Shown here piece after piece: positions 55,376 to 64,000 of a stretch of 64,000 bases of DNA. Location: contig OX597814.1 in assembly GCA_951406725.2 (NCBI GenBank), positions 178,312,001 through 178,376,000 on the forward strand, given 5' to 3'. A model generated the notes under the pieces. The model made no database searches. It was not told the DNA's origin and saw only the letters and a list, made by a program, of their open reading frames with translations. Position numbers and translations under genes: made by a program. Position 1 is the first letter of the stretch, and each line of letters starts with the position of its first letter. Source of the stretch: Octopus vulgaris. Taxonomy: Eukaryota.

Positions 55376-55663
55376 TTCGAAGACTACAGATACAATCCAT
55401 CACTGGAACTGTAAAAATCTGTGAAACTTTCCAGAATTTTATCATTTAAATGTATATGAGCATGGCTAGATATGCAACTATAGGCATGAGAATACATACA
55501 TTAAACATGCGAATCTGCACATACAAAATTACATACATATATATACATACAAAAATAATAAGGAACAGAAATACCCTGTTGTTGATGTTGAAATTCCAAT
55601 GAAAGAGCCTTGGATCTAGGTTAGAAACCGATTCTTTCTCTATTGGAAAGAACTATTGAAATG
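55376..55663 (+). mobile_element. R4/Dong-like LINE extreme 3' end after (CATA)n
   Basis: RRLQIQSITGTVKICETFQNFII*; the 3' UTR ccttggatctaggttagaaaccg matches the reverse of 22700-22730. Confidence 0.75.
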
Positions 55664-56965
55664 CATGCATGAGCTATGGATATATATATATGTTTACGAA
55701 TTTATAGATTTCATTGCAACCACGTGTATGCCACTCAAATTCCAGTCGTTGGTACCTTGACCAAGCTTTTGTTCTTGGTCAATATAAGTTTGACGAATAA
55801 TAATATTCTAGAGATGAAGAAGTTGTAGAGGTCTGTTCTATATATATGATATTGGTAAGTTGACATTGGATAAAAAAATCGAGGCTAATGGAAGAATGAA
55901 GCCGCAATGTAGCAGTGTATGAAGCCCTCCAGCATTGTGATCTATAAAAGGATACAACGATACATGTATGTGTGTGCTTTTGTACATTTGTGTGTGTGTG
56001 TGTGTGTGTGTGCGTGCGTGCGTGTGTGCGTGTGCGTGTTTGTGTGTGTATGCGCACTATATATTGGCATACATACACATGTGCAAAAACGGAAAACTTG
56101 TCAGATTTATAGGAAAAATACACAGACGCACACATTGTCTGTATGTCTGTCTGTCTGTCTGTCTGTTCGTCCGTCGGTCTGTATGTCTGTCTGTCTGTCT
56201 GTCCGTCTATCTGTCTGTCTGTTTATCTGTCAGTCTTTCTATGTATCTCTATGTATATATACATCATACATACGCACACACACACACATATGTAAATAAA
56301 TGCAAACATTCTTATATAAATATATATTTATACATACGCGTCTATGGATGTACAGATGAAAATGTGTGTCGGTTTATGTGTACCGAGGTATAGAAATAGA
56401 TAGATAGATAGATTGACAAAAAGATATATGAAATGCGAGTAAGTGTGTAAGAAGAGGAGAGAGATAAAGAGTGCAAGTGCAGTGAGAGAAATAGAAAAGG
56501 TGAAAGGAATGAACATAGCAATGCAGCCAACTTTAGATATCCTTCAGTAATTTTCAATGTTCTTGAAGATGTTTTTTCAACCTGAATAACTAAGTGTGCA
56601 CATACTCTCATGTAAGTAGAGAAAAAAAATGATGATGCACTCTGTCACAGAGATGCATGCTTAGCTGATATACATGTTCAAAGTTATACGTCGACAGATT
56701 TAAAATCCACGTATATACAGACGCACGCGCCTATTTGAAAAGATATTTCTATAAATGCATCTTGACAGGTATATTATAAAATTGCAGTTGCCGTATATGT
56801 GGATCAATGGAGGTTTTGAACGATTGTTTAATATCAATATTATCAATGGTAAAGCATCCAGATAGATTCACCAGTACATTTACAGTTCGTTCTGCGACTA
56901 TATATCTGTGTATATATGTGTAATGTCTGTGTATGTGCATACATATATACCTATATATATAAGTA

Positions 56966-57167
56966 GTTAATCCAAACAAGAAAACACAAAAAAAACACAG
57001 CAACGCGAGGATGTGGAACAAATAAAGTATTATTGGACGCTCAGGAAAGAAGGGAAGGAGAGTTTAACGTTTCGAGCGGAGCTCTTCGTCGGAAACAAAG
57101 TAGAAGGAAAGATCCCGAGAAGGGAAGACAGAGGAAAAAAATTGCTGGCGGTGCTCACGAGGTCACA
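56966..57167. mobile_element. Second copy of the 18835-19026 element, with hammerhead-like motif at 57062-57096 (-)
   Basis: Very similar sequence; the 35-nt motif gtttaacgtttcgagcggagctcttcgtcggaaac is identical in both copies. Confidence 0.85.
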
Positions 57168-57390
57168 TGTATCTACTTATATATAAGTAGATACATGTGT
57201 GTGTGCATGTGTGTGCATATGTGTGCATTTATATATGTATGTATGCAGTTATATATATATATATATGTATATATACACACACATACACACACACACATAT
57301 ATATATAGTATATACATCTATTGTCTTTCCTCCATCTCACTATTTTGTATCCCATCTAAACTAACTATTACTTAACCATCCTCTCACACC

Positions 57391-57442
57391 GTCTCCGATG
57401 ATGGGATATAATTAATAAATATCCTGGAAACAGCTGTAAGAC
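57391..57442 (+). ncRNA. Type I hammerhead-like motif (core CCGAUGA)
   Basis: gucu-CCGAUGA-ugggauau..auauccug-GAA-ACAGCUGU-A-agac; stem I gucu/agac; palindrome ACAGCUGU. Confidence 0.65.
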
Positions 57443-57541
57443 CTTCTATATATAAATGTTCTAATATCTACACAGCCTGGTTTTTTTATATCATTACGCA
57501 AAAAATTCTGATATATATATATATATGTGTGTGTGTGTGTT

Positions 57542-57745
57542 AGAAGTTGTTTGTATTTTTGTGACTTCACGGAAAATTTGGAGATTGTCTCAATATATGT
57601 GTCCAGATATTTGTCACTTCCCTTGTAGGGGGTGAAGTGAGATTTCTTTTTGACGATTGATTCGTCCTCAAAATCCTTATTTCCTAAGAAATCTAGAAGT
57701 CGTACGCGACGGCTGTAGTGTTCCACATCCGATTTCAGTTCGATT
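57542..57745 (-). pseudogene. Penelope-like (Neptune/Naiad-type) N-terminal ORF fragment
   Basis: ELKSDVEHYSRRVRLLDFLGNKDFEDESIVKKKSHFTPYKGSDKYLDTYIE resembles the pre-RT D..F.R..RL..F...KS.F.P region of PLEs (recalled from memory). Confidence 0.55.
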
Positions 57746-57789
57746 CAGTTCATATATATGAACTTGGATAAACTTAGATATGTTTCGAC

Positions 57790-58012
57790 CAATTCTTGGT
57801 CCAGGCCATGACTAACTTAATAGCACCACCTGATAGGATTATTTGAATCCTGTTTAAGTCAAGTTTTGTTTATGGTCCATTCAAGTAGTGAGTTTTTGTT
57901 GGGTGAGTTGTATCCAATTATGGGTGGCTTATCTGGTATTCCTTGAAGGAATCTATCCAGACTCCGTTTAAAATTGATGGGATCCTGTTCCTCTTTGATC
58001 TCTTTCGGGACA
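57790..58012 (-). mobile_element. CR1/L2-group LINE 3' end
   Basis: PKEIKEEQDPINFKRSLDRFLQGIPDKPPIIGYNSPNKNSLLEW fits the FK..LD.FL..IPD.P...Y....NSL terminal pattern. Confidence 0.7.
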
Positions 58013-58869
58013 TAGAAAAAAACAACTTTTATCAATTCAAAATGAACAATTAAATTACACCATCTAGAAAATTACATATAATAGAGATATTAAATTAAAA
58101 TAGCAATAAAATGTCAATGATTAAGTAAGTTGCAAAAAGTAATAATAAAAACGTATATAATAGGTTTTATATATATATATTTGCATAAACACACACGCAT
58201 TCATTTATACATGCACGAGTACACACAAGCACACATCACACATATAGATGCACATACACATATATGTGATCTGCCTCGTCCGACCTACGAACATTCACAA
58301 CTAATTTTAGACCTACTAATAAACGTACATTCTATCAACTACATATTTTCATTCCTATGGACTTACACACATGCGTGTGAAATACCTGCATGCAAATACG
58401 CACAAACGCGCACACACATAATCATATACAATTATAGACACATATACACGTACACGCGCTCGAGTAAGCACGCACGTATACGTATCGATCGATACCTCCC
58501 TCTCTCTCCATCTATCTAAATATCTTTTCTTTCATCCATTCATCAATCCATCAATTCATCAATTCATACACTCCACTCCGCACCACTCACTCATAGGAGG
58601 GGATATCCCCATGGCACGTGTTCAGAGACGAAGATGTAGCTTAATTAGATTGTGTCGTAACGGCAGCTTCGACGTCACGAGATCTAACACGGAGAACGTC
58701 GATGATGATTGATTTTCCTCCAACTGTTGGCCGTTCGTTATGTTGTTTTCATTGTTTAGTTCTATTTCGAACGGACATATGACAAGTGTTCCAGTCGTGA
58801 AAGGTCATTTAGTTTCTTTTTAGCCATGGTGTATCAAGTCATATATTTAATGGTATTTATTATTCCAGC

Positions 58870-59290
58870 AAGGCGGCAAGCGGGCAGGAACGGTAGTACG
58901 CCGGGCGAAATGCGTAGCCGTATTTCGTCTGCCGTTACGTTCTGAGTTCAAATTCCGCCGAGGTCGACTTTGCCATTCATCCTTTCGGGGGCGATTAAAT
59001 AAGTACCAGTTACGCACTGGGATCGATATAATCGACTTAATCCGTTTGTCTGTCCTTGCTTGTCCCCTCTGTGTGTAGCCCCTTGTGGGTAGTAAAGAAA
59101 TAAGTATTTCGTCTGCCGTTACGTTCTGAGTTCAAATTCCGCCGAGGTCGACTTTGCCTTTCATCCTTTCGGGGGCGATTAAATAAGTACCAGTTACGCA
59201 CTGGGATCGATATAATCGACTTAATCCGTTTGTCTGTCATTGCTTGTCCTCTCTGTGTTTGGCCCCGTGTGGGTAGTAAAGAAATAGGTA
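58870..59290 (+). mobile_element. Head-to-tail dimer of SINE family A with flanking TSD
   Basis: ggtatttattattccagc (58852-58869) and ggtatttactattccagc (59287-59304) flank the whole dimer; internal junction at about 59103. Confidence 0.92.
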
Positions 59291-59840
59291 TTTACTATTC
59301 CAGCTCTTAGAATCTAAAGTATGGATTTTAAGAACATATTTTACTGCTGCTTCTTGCTTGACGTTCTACCACTTAGGAGACTCGGTATTGTTGTTGTTGT
59401 TGTCGCCGAAGTTGTTTTCATTTCTTCGTCTACCATAAGTTTTATAAACATCATTGCCTCCCCATCACTACCACCATCACCACCACCAGAAAAAAAAGCT
59501 ACAATAACAACAATAGCAAAATCAACAACCGCGACTACGACTACCACCACAGCCACCACCAACACCACTACTACCACTACCACTGCTGCTGCTACTACTA
59601 CACTACTACCACTACTACTACTACTACTATATCAGCCCAAACCATCAAACTACAATAACAACATCAAGAACAACACTAGCAAAATCAACAACCACGACTA
59701 CAACAACTACCACAACCAGCACCACCAAACCATTCATGCTGTTACTGCTGGTGGTGGTGATGGTGGTACTACTACTGCTGCTACTACTACTACTACTACA
59801 ACTACTACTGCTGCTACTGCTGCTGCTGCTGCTGCTGCTG

Positions 59841-59892
<52 letters not shown>

Positions 59893-60703
59893 ATCAGCCC
59901 AAATCATCAACTCGCGCTCCAACAACAACAAAATGGTAACACACACACACACATCAGTATTATCGCAAATGTAGATGCTGCTGCTTCTGTTGCCGCTGCT
60001 GCTGCTGCTGACGCAGTAGCAACTGCTGATGCTCATTGCTCTAACATAGACTAACGTTGCCATGGATATGTTTTAGTTTGGGCGATTGAGTGGCAATATA
60101 TATAGGTAGAGCAATGGAGAAGTTGCAGTGTTTTGAAATTCAGAAATTGCTCCGAGCTCAAATAGCCGCCGGGGGAAAATATGTAGTTTTTTCAGATTTC
60201 TGAGGATACAATTAAAAGAAATTTGTGGCGATAGACTGGAGAGGGTTTTGAGTTATATACTACTGTCCTAATACACAGCGGCAGCGGCAGCAGTAGTAGC
60301 AATAGTAGTGGTCGTCAAATTACTACAACTTGTACTATTAATATACAAGCATATAAAAGTATATTAATGTATGTGTATATATATATATATATATGTATTT
60401 GTGCATGGGTATGTGTATAAAGACCATCTAGTTATTGGTCAATCTGACAACATCCCCACAGACTTGTATGTGAACGTGTTATATATATATATATTTTCCC
60501 AATTTCTATTCATGTATGTTATATTGTAATAATTACTGGTATCTTTATTTATTAATATATGTTATATTTTATATGTAAAGCGTATGTTTATACATGTATG
60601 TATATTCTTGTAATTGTCATTTTAGTAAATAAATAAATAAATTGACAGAATATAATGTCTAAAAGTTGATGAACCGCCTATTGATCCCCTACATTTTTTA
60701 TTG

Positions 60704-60757
<54 letters not shown>

Positions 60758-60759
60758 TA

Positions 60760-60955
60760 TATTTTATAGAAGGAGCTTCTACAGGACTAGAACTGTTTCA
60801 TTCAAAAGAAATCCTCAGGAAGCTCTGATGATTTCTTTTGAATGAAACAGTTCTAGTCCTGTAGAAGCTCCTTCTATAAAATAAATTAATTTACTCTGCT
60901 ATGTATTGAGTACCTTATTTACTGTGGTTAACCCCGACTCAACCCGGGACCTACA
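60760..60955. mobile_element. Fold-back element in (TA)n: perfect 54-bp arms, 16-nt spacer, about 70-bp tail
   Basis: 60760-60813 is the exact reverse complement of 60830-60883. Confidence 0.9.
60773..60825 (-). ncRNA. Type I hammerhead ribozyme motif
   Basis: gagcuuc-CUGAGGA-uuuc-uuuu-gaau-GAA-ACAG-uucuaguc-CUGU-A-gaagcuc; 7-bp stem I, 4-bp stem III, U-U at the base of stem II. Confidence 0.68.
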
Positions 60956-61055
60956 TATATATATATATATATATAAAGATATTATTATCAATAATAAATA
61001 ATAATATAAGTAGTTAGCAAGCATAAAATAATTATACAGGTAAAATTAATTTATA

Positions 61056-61340
61056 ATCAGGGTACAAGATGTTTCACAGTATTGCTAGAAATAAGAGTCA
61101 AAACGGCTCAAAAACCACATTTATCATTTATACACACTGGTGAATTCGAGGAAACGAGTAAATATACAGCGAACTTACCAAAAAACGATTGAAATCATGG
61201 CGATTTTTAATCTTTATTGGTAAGATGGCTTTATATTTATTCGTTTCCTCGAATTCACTATTGTGTATAAGTGATAACTGGTTTTTGAGCCGTTTTGACT
61301 CTTATTTCTAGCAATGATGTGTGCTATCTTGTACTTTGAT
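61056..61340. mobile_element. About 285-bp imperfect fold-back, MITE-like palindrome
   Basis: attgctagaaataagagtcaaaacggctcaaaaacca pairs perfectly with tggtttttgagccgttttgactcttatttctagcaat; imperfect pairing continues to the centre near 61198. Confidence 0.8.
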
Positions 61341-61814
61341 ACTAGATATACTTTTATAAAACATTAAACATGCATGTATGCATGTATATATATTATACAC
61401 ACACGTGTACATTCACACATCTTTGTTCATGACCGATAGATCTATACTGAGACAAAGAGAAAACAGGTGGGGTAAATAACATTTTCAGCTTTCATAGAAG
61501 TAGACTTGAGCCAAAAGTAGTGTTCGTATATTATTTCTGAACGTTGAGATTTAGTCCCGCATACCTAGACTTGTGTATCAACTCTCTCTCTTTCTCTTTC
61601 TTTCTTTCGTTTTTCTTTTTCTCTCCTGTTCATCACAAAGAATGCTACAGATATTTTGTCATTCATGCAAACATCGTACGAGAGCGATAAAGTTAGGATG
61701 GCCCGTGAATATTTTACCAGCCTTAAGTAAATAAGGCAGTTGTAACTCTCCTCTTGAGGCAATATCCCACAATTTATTTGCAGTATCAGTGCTGATACAA
61801 AAATTAGGGTATGT

Positions 61815-62240
61815 TAAGGAATTCCGCTCCATAGATATTAAAACTTGCAAGATCCTGCCATCGACTGGAAACTTCAGTAGAATCAGTGATATCAACAGGT
61901 TTAACCTAAGAAGATATGACGGATGTAGGGACTTGATGTCAGTGTACAGGCTTCAAATGTCGTACAATATCTCTCAAACAGCGCCTGCTATACTCTGCCA
62001 ACATAAATATATTAACCTAGTGCTGCAAAACGAAGAGAACAACACACTACGAGTCGGCAGTGAGCTCCCTGGGAAGTGCCTCTCCCTGTTGACCTCCCAA
62101 TACAACCTCAAAACATCTGGTTTAACACAACTCAAAGAAACCTTGAGTATGAAACGCTTAGCATACCGGAAAAAAAATACGATATGCGCACTGCTTTCTG
62201 GGACGCATGACCGTTACATTACGTCATATTTCGAAGGCTA
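61815..62240 (+). pseudogene. R4/Dong-like LINE internal fragment (post-RT region)
   Basis: FRSIDIKTCKILPSTGNFSRISDINRFNLRRYDGCRDL fits the IDxKTRKxL..G.FH..SD.DRLY..R..GGRGL pattern of RLE-type elements. Confidence 0.7.
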
Positions 62241-63826
62241 AGCGTTTACAATCAAAGAGCGGGAGAGTTAGTAAAATAACCTGAGACCAAAAGGAACAGG
62301 TAAAGCATTTAGAACTTAATATGCAGCCGAAAATATCGATTATGCCTCATTTTTGTGGAATACATCATACATTTGATCAGAAGCTGATTCAACGTGTCAT
62401 CAATCTTTTACCGCCTAAAGCAACATGACGTTGTCATTAAAACAATATACAATGACATCTGCAAAAAGGAAAAAAAAATACTTCAAAGGGATAAGTATAG
62501 AGAATAGCATTCAGTGTCATTGGATTTATAAAAATTAACGCGAAAATTATTTATAGTGTATTCCCAAATATTCGTGAGTATAGTTTATTCTGCGATTGTA
62601 CTTGTGGCAAACTATCACCCCCATTACAGCATTTTTGTTTTTTATCGACCGTGAATGGAGGAAAATCATTGTTTATCGCAGCGAGAATCGAACACAGATT
62701 GTACCAAGTCGTTCCAAAAAAGCAATACCTTTTAGAAAACCGCCTCATGTATTGATGAACTCAGAAGCGCTATCGTAACGTATCGTGTATTTGGTTACTT
62801 TAAACGGGTTGAGGCCATTCATTGCAGCTCAACTCGGTTCGAACACGGCGCATTTCTTGTGGGGGAAAAGGAGAAGGAGAGAGAGAGAGAGAGGAGAGAG
62901 AGAATGAGAGAGAGGAAGAGAGAAAAACATAGGTAGGAACAGATATACAGAAGGAATCCAACATAGTTTAAGATTGGTACTTTATTTAGCGCTCTCGACT
63001 CGGATGAATAAATAACCACAAATAAGCTAAGATGGTGTATGTGATTTAATGTATGTATGCATAAATGCTTATATATATATTTGTATATATATATATATAT
63101 ATTTTAAATATATATACATACATACATATATTTATATATATACACACAGTATATATATATAGAAAGGCAAGTGATCAAATGACAACACAATTAATAACAT
63201 TGACAGATATAATGATAACAACACCAATTGTTATAGCAACAAATGTATTTAATGCCACAAGCAATTGCAATAGATATAATTCCATTAGCAACAGCAACTG
63301 ATGTAATGACAGTAACAGCGGCAAGAAATGTAATGAAAGCGATAGCATAACAGATGTAATGATAACAGTACCAGATGTAATAACTGCAACATCCACAACA
63401 TGTGTAATGATGACTGCAACAGTTGTAAGGACAACAAAAACTGCAACAGATGCAAGGACAAAGACATATCAACAACTATAGTAGCAATATATATTGAAAC
63501 AACAGCGATAGATGTAATGACAAGAGTGACTACATGTTATTCCAACAAAAGCAACAGATATAATGTCAGTAATAACAGCAACAAATGTAATGACCACCAT
63601 CATCACGACAACAACGAATGTAATGCGTAACACCAAAATCAGCAACATATGTAATACTAACAACGAATGCAGTAACAGTAACAGACGATAGATGTGATAG
63701 GAATAATAACAGTAACAGACGTAACGCCAAGAGCAACCGAATGTAATGATCACGAAAAATGCTTTAGATCATAGACCTGTATAATCTTGGTTCACCTAAT
63801 GCTAAACAACAACAAAACAAAACAAC

Positions 63827-64000
63827 AGCGCAATTGCCCAGTGGTTAGCGCAGCGGACTCGCAGTCGTAAGAACACTGTATGATTCCTAGACCGGGCATT
63901 GTGAGTGTTTATTGAGCAAAAACACCTAAGCTCCACGAGGTTCCGTCGCGCAGTGGCGGTGAACCATGCTGTACTCTTTCACCACAAATTTCTCTCACTC
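63827..64000 (+). mobile_element. SINE family C, 5' part (cut by the window end)
   Basis: Matches 27452-27630. Confidence 0.88.

Noticed and set aside
63175-63753. Thr-rich, mucin-like reading (TDVMT repeats)
   Set aside because: The frame is repeatedly broken by stops and shifts; best explained as a degenerate aacagatgtaatg low-complexity repeat.

Overview
AT-rich eukaryotic, non-coding DNA dominated by microsatellites and transposon debris. I recognise no host exon, and most ORF-track entries are translated simple repeats. The tRNA-derived SINE families and (TA)n/(CATA)n/(ATCT)n density resemble an octopus-like cephalopod genome; this is an inference. Recognisable parts include several modular tRNA-SINE families, a decayed mariner transposase, two mariner-type MITEs and a non-autonomous Helitron. 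There are also RTE, CR1/L2-type and R4/Dong-like LINE fragments, plus Penelope-like (PLE) RT and GIY-YIG remnants. The most striking signal is a set of about 10 hand-folded type I hammerhead ribozyme motifs from about 7 distinct sequence families. Most sit in short elements inserted into (TA)n tracts, and many are built as fold-backs: an inverted partial copy plus a copy with an extra tail. Several carry non-canonical cores: a compensatory U3-A8 pair (UUGAAAA) and a recurrent U4C (CCGANGA). Other points are head-to-tail SINE multimers with a fixed junction and apparent partitioning of microsatellite types among retroelement classes. All folds and alignments were done by eye, and coordinates of degenerate repeats are approximate.
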